This document shows, piece after piece, positions 9,601-17,323 of a DNA stretch of 18,417 nucleotides. The notes under the pieces are model-generated. The model was not told the DNA's origin, ran no database searches, and saw only the letters and a program-made list of their open reading frames with translations. Location of the stretch: contig JBHGNT010000651.1 of the NCBI GenBank assembly GCA_043228905.1, forward strand, positions 1 to 18,417, in the 5' to 3' direction. Position 1 is the stretch's first letter. Every line of letters begins with the position of its first letter. Source of the stretch: Azolla caroliniana. Lineage: Eukaryota > Plantae > Polypodiophyta. Both the position numbers and the translations under genes were made by a program.

Positions 9601-10317
9601 TTTTGTTATACTTTGTTATTTGATCAGGCATACATGGTGCTATTCTACATAGTTGGCATGACCATCCTTAACATTATCATGTAATTTGAGAAGCTACAAA
9701 TCCTCTTGCAACAATGCTCTTCATCATTCCCAACAATAACAAGAAGAAAATGAACAGTGCGTTGTAACTAGATTTGGTATGCCATACACATGAAACTTAC
9801 AGAAATGCTACACCAATGGATGAATATCATTGCTGATACTTTCAAAAAGCTTAACACGCAAACATGATTAATCCTGAAGCCCTAAAATGCATGTTTCAAA
9901 ATGGCATGTCCAGTCCTTTGTGTTTGGATCTTTGAGTGTTGTGATGGTGAGAATGAGAAATTGATCGACTGATCGACTGTCTTTGCAGTGAGAAGGATGG
10001 TTGGTTGAATTTGCCCCTTCGGTTCTCTGATGAACCATGTAGGCACAAACTACTAGATCTTATTGGAGATATCGGGTTGTGTGCCAAAGGCGGGTAACCC
10101 TGGGCTTCCCATTGCACATATTGTGACATTCAAGGTACCAGTCTTTTATCTGGTGGTGTTTGAGCTTGTTGCTACATCTGTGGATGTTTTGTTTCTCTAG
10201 AAATCATAACCTGCAAGATATGAGGAAAATAGTTGTCTTATAAGTTTGTCCTTGCTGTAGGGAAGTCATTCACTTCACACAGTTTGCGAGTATCTTATCT
10301 TGCCATATGAAAAATAA
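498..10317 (+). CDS. lpxC: LpxC, UDP-3-O-acyl-N-acetylglucosamine deacetylase (plant, probably organelle-targeted). Six visible exons; frame-disrupted as written (pseudogene or sequence errors)
   Basis: LpxC motifs occur in the correct order across GT-AG bounded exons: [106 protein letters not shown]. Zn ligands (EH, HKxLD) and the C-terminal catalytic His are retained. Confidence 0.93.
849..1134 (+). CDS. lpxC: lpxC exon 2 (two +1 frameshifts, at ~925 and ~999)
   Basis: Acceptor CACAG| at 848. Reads [26 protein letters not shown] / [24 protein letters not shown] / [45 protein letters not shown] across three frames. Donor GAG|GTAAGG at 1135. Confidence 0.92.
2192..2293 (+). CDS. lpxC: lpxC internal exon (QWFS...IAPARTFG)
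   Basis: TGCAG| acceptor; [34 protein letters not shown] (34 codons, phase 0-0); donor CAG|GTTAGT. Confidence 0.92.
2640..2725 (+). mobile_element. Possible degraded LINE reverse-transcriptase fragment (left part, interrupted by the Copia element)
   Basis: 2647-2676 reads [10 protein letters not shown], resembling the non-LTR RT segment (VP)RxxLWxRL..G that precedes QGCPLSP. The match is short and weak. Confidence 0.35.
2750..3190 (+). repeat. Copia 5' LTR
   Basis: Ends ...TTCTTGCA immediately before the PBS. Aligns by eye with 7431-7726 from ~2800 onward (shared CTAGATTCTT, TCTTTAAATGCCTTC, CTATACCAGC, TGCAACTATTTTG, TGTTCCGCTGCT). Confidence 0.8.
3191..3202 (+). promoter_or_regulatory. 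Primer binding site complementary to the tRNA-iMet 3' end
   Basis: TGGTATCAGAGC, the canonical plant LTR-retrotransposon PBS, directly after the LTR-terminal CA. Confidence 0.95.
3518..7413 (+). pseudogene. Copia gag-pol, fragmented
   Basis: gag [20 protein letters not shown] (3518-); CCHC knuckle [14 protein letters not shown] (4220-4261); protease [12 protein letters not shown] (~4414-4450); GHLNY (~4858); integrase [14 protein letters not shown] (~5030-5110) and [12 protein letters not shown]; [39 protein letters not shown]; RNase [16 protein letters not shown]. Confidence 0.93.
6850..7138 (+). repeat. 143 bp tandem duplication inside the Copia RNase H region
   Basis: GAGCTAGGCTCC at 6869 and 7012; both copies run through GCTGAATATGGAGCCTATTTGGATACT...GGTTAATGCAACCAC. 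Confidence 0.95.
7412..7420 (+). promoter_or_regulatory. Polypurine tract
   Basis: GAGAGGAGG immediately followed by TG, the 3' LTR start. Confidence 0.8.
7421..7726 (+). repeat. Copia 3' LTR
   Basis: Starts with TG after the PPT. Its end AACAGCTTTTCTCACG aligns to the 5' LTR end AACAGATTTTCTTGCA. Contains TATAAATA at ~7545. Confidence 0.85.
7732..8210 (+). mobile_element. Degraded non-LTR retrotransposon (LINE) RT remnants, two overlapping copies of the catalytic region
   Basis: LFGPYI...[14 protein letters not shown] (7734-7857), then [17 protein letters not shown] (~7892-7952) and [14 protein letters not shown] (7981-8022). These match the QGxPLSPxLF and YADD motifs. Confidence 0.8.
8365..8453. 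repeat. 45 bp tandem duplication (2 copies)
   Basis: GATCTKAAAGTGATACTCAAAWTCTCRG..ATTA..ATAGAACTT at 8365 and 8410. Confidence 0.85.
8764..9420. repeat. Intronic tandem array, four near-identical units (158, 158, 165, 165 bp)
   Basis: ACGTGTTACAAAACCC recurs at 8773, 8931, 9089 and 9254. Units 3-4 carry an extra AATCAAG. Confidence 0.97.
9480..9544 (+). CDS. lpxC: lpxC internal exon (GLIKGGS)
   Basis: TTCTTGCAG| acceptor; [22 protein letters not shown]; phase-2 donor AG|GTTGTT. Phase-compatible with both neighbouring exons. Confidence 0.93.
9989..10134 (+). CDS. lpxC: lpxC internal exon with the HKxLD zinc motif (+1 frameshift at ~10092)
   Basis: CTTTGCAG| acceptor; [36 protein letters not shown] then TAA. 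Removing one G gives [13 protein letters not shown]. Donor AAG|GTACCA. Confidence 0.93.
10261..10317 (+). CDS. lpxC: lpxC terminal coding exon
   Basis: TGTAG| acceptor; [18 protein letters not shown]. An alternative frame after HT ([16 protein letters not shown], stop 10331-10333) may be the true end. Confidence 0.85.
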   Translation, partial: GSHSLHTVCEYLILPYEK

Positions 10318-10356
10318 ATTGGTTGAAGACTGAATATGGAAGCACATTTCTTCTTG

Positions 10357-10565
10357 CTGTGACATAAGATCATAATCCCATTTTTGGACCAAGCTTTCGT
10401 TGGGGAATATTGCACAGTTTTGGTGCTGGATTCTTCATATTTTCCTTCTGGATCATATCAATAATTTCGCCAATATACTGTGACACAAGACAACATACTG
10501 CCATTTTTGGAGCAAGCTTTCGGTGGAAAATATTGCACAGAAGTGCTGGAATCTTTTTATTTTTC
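10357..10565. repeat. Diverged direct duplication (~122 bp period) in the lpxC 3' region
   Basis: CTGTGACAYAAGA..CCATTTTTGGASCAAGCTTTCGKTGG..AATATTGCACAG..GTGCTGGA at ~10357-10436 and ~10478-10555. Confidence 0.85.
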
Positions 10566-11694
10566 GTTTGAGCGTAGCTGTAATTTCTAAAGATCATATT
10601 TAACAATGAAGGTCTGCAAATCCTATGGCATGTTTTTCGAACATACGAGATTTGTGTTTGAAATGTTGTAGTGCTAACAATAATTTATAAATTGTTACTA
10701 AAACATCATTGGTAAACTGCTTATTAAAATGATTAATGGCTGTGGTCAGTGGTGCATTGATTGCGTTTCTAGATGTGTGTAACATCTAGTGTCTTCGAGG
10801 ATTTCTCATTCATCAATCTGATTTCTTCACAGTTCAAGACATTGTCCTTGTTTCAAATCCTTTGACATGTTCTCCTTTTCCTCTCTTCGGAGCTCGTTCC
10901 ATCTGATAATAGGCAACCATTACATTTAAATTGCCCAAGAGATCCATCTATATTCCTTTTGTAGAGAAATATACGACAGTACACATCATTTGGCCTTAAA
11001 TTGCTGAAGAAATCTGTCGAGGAACAATATGTGTGGTCCATCTATATTTCTGAAGGCACATGCCCTATTTTGTAATTGGTCAATATTAACTTCTGTTCAA
11101 TCTACTTGTGTTGAGGAATGTTTGCTGGCCCGCAGATCCAACTCCATGTGTTATTGATCACATTACCTACATTCGCAAGACTGTTACCTGAGTAAGTTGA
11201 TTTCTTTCTTCTTCGTAGTGCAAGCTTACGTCACTGCAAGATAAGGTTTTCCACGGGTTTGACTTTGTATTGTGTTCATATTGTTGTATTAAACAGTCTT
11301 GTGGCATATTGCTTTTGGCACGGATGACATTCTTTGCTAATGTAATGCACATCCACGTTGATTGCATCAATGATGAGTGCCATTGCAGATTCCTTGTTAA
11401 CGACCTAATCTAGGAGCATGATGATAGTGATTAGATGATTCTAGTAAGGGCAAGTTTAGAAAGCCTTCTTTGGCAAACAAATTATCATTAAATACAAGAA
11501 AGAGGTGATTTGTGCTGCATTAAGTTTGAGAATATCTGTATATAGACTCCAATAATGGGAGAACTGTTGGTCTATAGTTTCTGAAGGTATAAACCACACT
11601 TGAGTGTATCCATCAACAACGAACTTTTACACAATGATATGATTGATGTTCCTAGCTAGTAACATACACTAGCAACTTGCTATTTAGATGGCAT

Positions 11695-11856
11695 ACATAC
11701 CCATCATTTTCACTCAATACAAAATATCGTTGGCATTATATACCCATCATTTTATAACTTAAATAAATTTATATTTAAACTTTGTATCTAAATAAATTTA
11801 TAGGTCCTCAATCCTACATCTGTACCTAAATAAATTTTATATTTAAACTTTGTAAT
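11695..11856. repeat. AT-rich short direct repeats
   Basis: ATACCCATCATTTT twice; TAAATAAATTT three times; ATATTTAAACTTTGTA twice. Confidence 0.7.
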
Positions 11857-12076
11857 CTAGATTGACGTTTGTTTATTAGCAATTTAGAATTCGAGACACG
11901 AGACCATTTAAAATCAATCATTGAAGTTAAATCGTTCACGAGTTAATAATGAGAATATTGAAAGCAATATGTATCATGTTTTTTTTTTAGGAAAAAGAAG
12001 AAGAAGAAGAAAGAAAGCAATGTATCATGAAATAAATTGAACTTTTTGCATTTCAAATCAATCATTGAAACTTTCT

Positions 12077-12124
12077 ATATGAAAAGTTATTGACTCATAT
12101 ATATGACTCAATAACTTTTCATAT
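12077..12124. repeat. 48 bp near-perfect palindrome centred on a TA run
   Basis: ATATGAAAAGTTATTGACTCATAT|ATATGACTCAATAACTTTTCATAT; 23 of 24 positions pair, with one C:C mismatch. Confidence 0.95.
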
Positions 12125-12202
12125 TGAAAACGATAATAACGTGTTACGTTCGTCATTTGGGGTTCAATCACAAAGGATAAAAGAAGATGAGAGAATATGT
12201 AT
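12100..12202 (+). repeat. ~100 bp direct repeat, copy 1 (copy 2 at 13577-13692)
   Basis: TATATGACTCAATAACTTTTCATATTGAAAACGA...TAATAACGTGTTACGTT...GGGGTTCAATCACAAAGGATAAAAGAAGATGAGAGAATAT is present at both sites. Confidence 0.92.
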
Positions 12203-12215
12203 ATAGTGGATCATC

Positions 12216-12430
12216 TGAGAGGGAGAGAGAGAGGGGGAGGTTTCTAAACCGGTTTCCAAGCCATTTACCAAACCGGTGGTTCACAAGCCGTTTTATTCTT
12301 AAAGAGAGAGAGAGAGGGAGACATGTAAGGAGAGAGATAGAGAGAGAGAGAGAGAGAGGAACTACATAGAGGGGAGAGAGAGAGAGGGAGAGAGTCGAGA
12401 CCACAGACGTGAGAGAGAGTGGGAGGGAGA
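12216..12430. repeat. GA-rich low-complexity tract
   Basis: Interrupted (GA)n runs. Confidence 0.85.
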
Positions 12431-12463
12431 GCTTGTACAATGTATAGTATATAGTATATAGTA

Positions 12464-13576
12464 CAGTAACCATTCGGTTAAGTGCGTGCCCACTTAAGTG
12501 CACCATTCTATTAAGTGCGCTTTTTTTTATAGAGGTCAAAATCCCGATCAAAAAAATTACATTGTTCATGATGAAATTACATCAAACGAAATTAAAACTA
12601 TGTTCCAAATATTCAAAAAACAATAAAAGAAAAAAATTAAAAGAATTAAAAGAATTTGTTACGTGATGGTGGGTGGGGTCTCTTGGAAATGCAAGCAAAA
12701 AAGAACCAAATCTTAGAATTGGTCTCTCCCGTTGTAGCGTTTGTGTGAGTGTTATGTGTTGTATGTGTGTGTAGAACTATGAGTAGGTAATTTTTATTCT
12801 CGTAAACTTTCCTACTTAACGCAATTATCCATTTCATTTTCTGTATTCATTCATTCTTAATTATGTTTCTTTCTTTCTCTCCTTCCCTCACTTTCTTAAT
12901 TATGTTTCTTTCTTTCTCTCTTTCCCTCACTTTCTTAATTATGTTTCTTTCTTTCTCTCCTTCCCTCACTTTCTTAATTTTGTTTCTTTCTCTCCGGTTC
13001 TCCTCCTCCCGCCACCGCCGCCGCCTCCTAGTCCCGTCACCGCCTTCGGTCATTCTTAATTTTCTCTTTCTTTCTTTCACTCCCTCACTCCCTCCTCCCT
13101 CTCTTTCTCTTTATGTACATCTCGTTTATTTTCTTTCTGTTCCAGCCTATGCTTTCTCCGTTGCTCCTCTCTCTTTTCCGGTCTCCTCCATCTCCATCTC
13201 TACTACAATTCCTCAAACCTTCCACCACTAGGAAGAAGAGAATGCAAAGAAAAATCTCATCATATCCAAGGAAGTTCATTAGGTAGGCCTAGCAAAAATG
13301 CAAAAACTCAAGGTAATATGGAATCGGGAAAAAGTGATATCCAAACAAGAGTATGCTAAAACCATAAACATTTCAGGTCAATTATATCACATTAATCAAT
13401 CACTTTTCTAATGAAGAAACATATGATACGAACAAAAGAAGGGAAATTTTTTCAAGAAAACCTAAAAATTTTCAAAAAGCCCCAAATTTTTTCAGAAAAC
13501 CCCTAAATGAGCAGCTCGATTAAGTGCGCACTTCACCCATGCGTTCCAAAGTGCGAACTTAACCGAATGGTTACTG
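12464..13576. mobile_element. Non-autonomous Tc1/mariner-superfamily (pogo-like) TIR element, copy 1, 1113 bp
   Basis: TIRs CAGTAACCATTCGGTTAAGT / ACTTAACCGAATGGTTACTG; TA on both flanks (12462-12463, 13577-13578); repeated subterminal TTAAGTGCGC motifs; no transposase ORF. CAGT termini with a TA target are typical of pogo/Tigger elements. Confidence 0.9.
12854..12994. repeat. 39 bp CT-rich minisatellite (~3.6 copies) inside TIR element 1
   Basis: TTCTTAATTATGTTTCTTTCTTTCTCTCYTTCCCTCACT x3 plus a partial copy; a degenerate copy at ~13053-13090. Confidence 0.93.
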
Positions 13577-13774
13577 TATATGACTCAATAACTTTTCATA
13601 TTGAAAACGACACCATACATATAATAATAACGTGTTACGTTAGTACATTCGGGGTTCAATCACAAAGGATAAAAGAAGATGAGAGAATATATGCATGTAA
13701 TAATCGTAGGAAATCTTTACCTCGTCATCCAATAACGTAAAGTAGAGAAAATGGAAAAAAACAAGAAGAAGAAA

Positions 13775-13800
<26 letters not shown>
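13775..13800. repeat. (AG)13 microsatellite
   Basis: Read directly. Confidence 0.95.
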
Positions 13801-13805
<5 letters not shown>

Positions 13806-13950
13806 AAAAAGACAGAAAGAGAAATTCCTTCTGGGAGTATCTAGTGAGGCATACGACTGCTCAATGAAAAAGCCCCTAAAATACCTGTTATAGATCACGA
13901 CGTGTGTGTTTACTCTTTTTAACGTTATTGTCATTTGTGATCCTGTGTTT

Positions 13951-13977
13951 CCTAAACCCTAAACCCTAAACCTAAAC
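13951..13977. repeat. Short interstitial plant telomere-type repeat / tandem telo-boxes
   Basis: CCTAAA CCCTAAA CCCTAAA CCTAAA C; contains AAACCCTA twice. Confidence 0.85.
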
Positions 13978-14130
13978 TGAAAAAAAAAAGAGAGAACCGA
14001 ACCCTACTTTGGGAGCTTGATACAAAAATAAATTTGCGCATTATTAAATGTCATCTCTGTGAAACTAAATGATGGATTTTCTCAGTATAAAAATCTTTCT
14101 GGCACGTAGACATCGAAGATTTAAGTCTAA

Positions 14131-15199
14131 TCAAGAGCTCCTCCTGAGTTCGTTAGTATTTGCTGTCATAGCTCGTTGCTTAGAATCCTTTGTCATCTCA
14201 TTAGTAGCAGTATTGGAAGTGCGATGAATGGAATGATCTGAGCTGCCAGATTTTGGAGGAGGAATCAGAGTTGTTGCTACCGCTTTTAATTCGGATCTTA
14301 CAATATATTAAGTAGAACAAAAGGTCCATCTTTTAGAAACAGATCTAACCACAAGGTAAATAAATAGCAAACATTATTAGTCCATATCTCATAGCAGTGG
14401 AGTAGCTTCTTGGGGGGAAGGATACAATTGAAGTGGGTTCGCATTAATTTGATTTTGCGTTGCGTATTCTCTACTTGCCATCTGCAGATCCATCCATGGA
14501 TATTATTTAAAAATTCATTTCCAGTAAGTACATACATACCACTTATGAAAGAAGCACATACAATTGAAACTTGGCATTTCAGAGATAAAAAAACATGGTT
14601 TGTTGAATTGAATTTTTAGTACCTGATGGAGACTTGTTGTTGGGGGTCAGATTAGATGGGCTGGCTGTTGTTCCGCAAATGAAGATTTAGTGGTGTTACA
14701 GTGAGCAAGTGCGCATCAGCAATCAAATGTTAAATTACTCCCCTCCACCCCCAAAAAAATAAGAAAAAAAATGTTAAATTACGAGATAAAAGTAGGAAAA
14801 AGAAAAAAACAGCAAAGGCCATTTAAGATTGATTACTAACATGGCCTGGCAACTATCTATTAGATTGTAACTAATTTCGGGAGGTGTTAGAGATGAAGAA
14901 TTAGTTTTATGACATGGTAGGAAGGAGAAATGTAGGTCCACGAATTGGATGGAAAATAATACCTTTAAAGTGTAAGGGGGGAACGCTTCCGACGAAGAAG
15001 AAGAAGAAGAAGAAGAAGAAGAAGAAGGATGGATCTGAAGAAGAATCAGAAGAAGGATGGATCTGAAGAAGAATCAGAAGAAGAAGAAGAAGAAGAAGGA
15101 AGTGTTTGTTTACCTTCTTGTGATTGACACAAACCGTCTCTGCTGCAAATCTATGTTCTCCGGTAAGGTAAGCACTCATCTGCCAATCTACGCCCTTCT
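14131..15199 (-). other. Exon-like segments of an unidentified minus-strand gene or pseudogene
   Basis: 15199-15135 (TTTTCAG|...|GTTTGT; KGVDWQMSAYLTGEHRFAAET); 14673-14623 (donor CAG|GTACT); acceptor CTGCAG| at 14481; 14296-14131 open for 54 codons to TGA. The phases do not chain cleanly and I recognise no family. Confidence 0.3.
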
Positions 15200-15312
15200 C
15201 TGAAAAGATTTTCTTCAAAATAGTATTAAGAACAAAACGCCCGAACGCTTCCGACGAAGAAGAAGAAGAAGAAGAAGAAGAAGGATGGATCTGAAGAAGA
15301 ATCAGAAGAAGA
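14981..15312. repeat. Duplicated GAA-repeat cassette
   Basis: GAACGCTTCCGAC(GAA)n GGATGGATCTGAAGAAGAATCAGAAGAA at 14981 and 15243; the GGATGGATCT...CAGAAGAA unit is tandemly doubled in copy 1. Confidence 0.92.
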
Positions 15313-15429
15313 ATGTGAGAAGAAAAGCTTATAAAAATAGTACTTCAAACTAATTATATCTAAATGATTAATAAGACTTTCGTAGATGTAATATACAAAA
15401 TATGTATGTAGCATGTCTGCATTTACATG

Positions 15430-16660
15430 CAGTAGACATTCGGTTAAGGGCGTGCCCACATAAGTGCACCATTCTATTAAGTGCGCTTTTTTTAATAGTG
15501 GTCAAAATCCAGATAAAAAAAATTACATTGTTTCATGACAAAATTACATTAAACCAAGTTAAAACTATGTTCTAAACATTCAGAAAACAACAAAATGAGC
15601 TTCTATGGGTATGTTTGTGTGTGTGTGTTTACGATTACAAGGCCATCCCACAAGTTTAGTGACACAGGATATGCATGAATTGGAACCAAGAAGTGCTATG
15701 GTAATGAGAGCGAGTCCAAACATTAAGAAAACAACAAAAGGAGTTTTTGTGGGAATGTCTATGTGTGTGTCATGTGTTCTACATGTGTGTGCGTGTGCGT
15801 GTGCGTGTGCGTGTGCGTGTGTTACGATTACAAATTTGTGATTTTGATTCTTGATTAAAGAACATAAACAAAGAATGGCAAACAAATCTTGATGATCGTG
15901 AATAATCAAGTTTTGTAGCAATTGGTTGTGAACACAAGCTCTCCTTCTCCACGTGCACCATATCCATTTGTTCTCCTTCTCTTTCTGTGTGTGCCTGTAT
16001 CACATCTGTGCGTGCTCTTTTCTTGCATGAAGAAAGCCTCTCTCCCTCCCTCTCTTTTTATGTGCATCTTGTTTAGATGACAAAAGTTGCAGTCAGTGAT
16101 TTATCTGTTGCTCCCCCTCTCTCTTTTCTTGTCTCCTCCATCTGTACTTCAATTCCTCAAACCTGCTGCCACTAGGAAGAAAATGCAAGAAAAAATCGCA
16201 TCGCATGATGCATCCAAGGAAGCTCATTAGGTTTGTTGCATACTGGATGTATTTCTCAGATGTAGAAAAAGACAAACATTGAAGGCAATCTAGAATCAAG
16301 AAAGACATTGAAGAGTGTGTATGGTGAAACTAGAAACATTTTAGGTCAATTTAACACGTAAATTGATCACTTTTCTTATCAAGAATTGTATGATTAACAT
16401 ACAGAAGGAAAAATATTTCAGAAAACCCTAAAAATTTCCAAAAAACCCTAAAATGTTTGAGAGAAAGAAATTGAAGAGTATGTATGGTGAAACTAGAAAC
16501 ATTTTAGGTCAATTTCTCACATAAATTTATCACTTTTCTTATCAAGAATTGTATGATTAGCATATAGAATGAAAATATTTCAGAAAACTAAGTGCGCAGC
16601 TTGGTTAAGTGCGCACCTCTTCCTTGCGTTCAAAGTGCGCACTTAACCGAATGTCTATTG
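15430..16660. mobile_element. Non-autonomous pogo-like TIR element, copy 2, 1231 bp, same orientation as copy 1
   Basis: TIRs CAGTAGACATTCGGTTAAG / CTTAACCGAATGTCTATTG; flanks TG and TA. The first ~150 bp and internal blocks (CAATTCCTCAAACCT..CCACTAGGAAGA, TCCAAGGAAG.TCATTAGG) match copy 1. Internal duplications at 15575-15640/15718-15833 and 16299-16588 (163 bp period). Confidence 0.88.
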
Positions 16661-16820
16661 TATATGTATTTATGTATGTATTTATATATGGTAATATATA
16701 TTTGTAAATATATTAATGTTTAGTCAGTATGTATGTATAAATGTGTGTAATGCATGTATATACATATTCATGGATGTAATGTTTGAATGTAAGTATATGT
16801 GCATCATGCATGTATGGATG

Positions 16821-16822
<2 letters not shown>

Positions 16823-16852
<30 letters not shown>

Positions 16853-16866
16853 TGTATGTATGTATG
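16823..16866. repeat. (TATG)11 microsatellite within a TATG-rich tract
   Basis: Read directly. Confidence 0.95.
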
Positions 16867-17194
16867 CTACTCCAAAATTGACTATTGTTTCCATAATATA
16901 TTATTTACTATCTCATTGAAATATCTAACATTTCATGGGCTTATGTAATTTTTTCCTATAGCATAATTGATAACACCCTTATGTAAATATATTTTTTATG
17001 TATTTATTAATACCCTTACATATATATATTTTGTATCTCAATGGTTAATTTAAACCCCTTTTGATTAACTCACGTGCTATCATACAAGTTTTGACAGTGA
17101 AGCCCCCGAGACAAAATCTAATTATTGATGTTATTAATGTCATGATAACACTCACATCATGCATCGAAAGGATCATGACACTCACATTATGACT

Positions 17195-17255
17195 TGAGAA
17201 GATTTGAACCCATGACCTTGTTGTACACATGTCAAATCCTTAACCATTGTATTAA
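17195..17255 (-). mobile_element. Degenerate tRNA-derived head (SINE-like)
   Basis: The minus strand reads TACAATGGTTAAGG (A-box-like, 17251-17238) ... GGTTCAAATC (B box, 17210-17201) with tRNA-like spacing. No intact cloverleaf. Confidence 0.45.
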
Positions 17256-17323
17256 TATTCCTATATGTATAGTCTCTAGAATATGAAATGTAATATCATA
17301 GGAATATTCTATATTACTCTACA

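Noticed and set aside
498-10317. Bacterial contamination or recent horizontal transfer as the source of lpxC
   Set aside because: The gene has canonical spliceosomal introns, plant TEs inside an intron, an N-terminal extension and plant-type motifs (LCTTL, QWFS, GLPIAH).
11290-11405. Minus-strand DVHYISKECHPCQ as a Gypsy integrase zinc-finger remnant
   Set aside because: Only a CxxCQ resemblance, with no neighbouring integrase motifs.
12168-13279. ORFs with LSLSL, ERERE or NIIKKVREGEKER repeats
   Set aside because: Translations of GA/CT microsatellites and the 39 bp minisatellite; no transposase motifs.
15580-16919. ORFs with HAHAHA, CACACA or CMYV repeats
   Set aside because: Translations of (GCGTGT)n and (TATG)n simple repeats.
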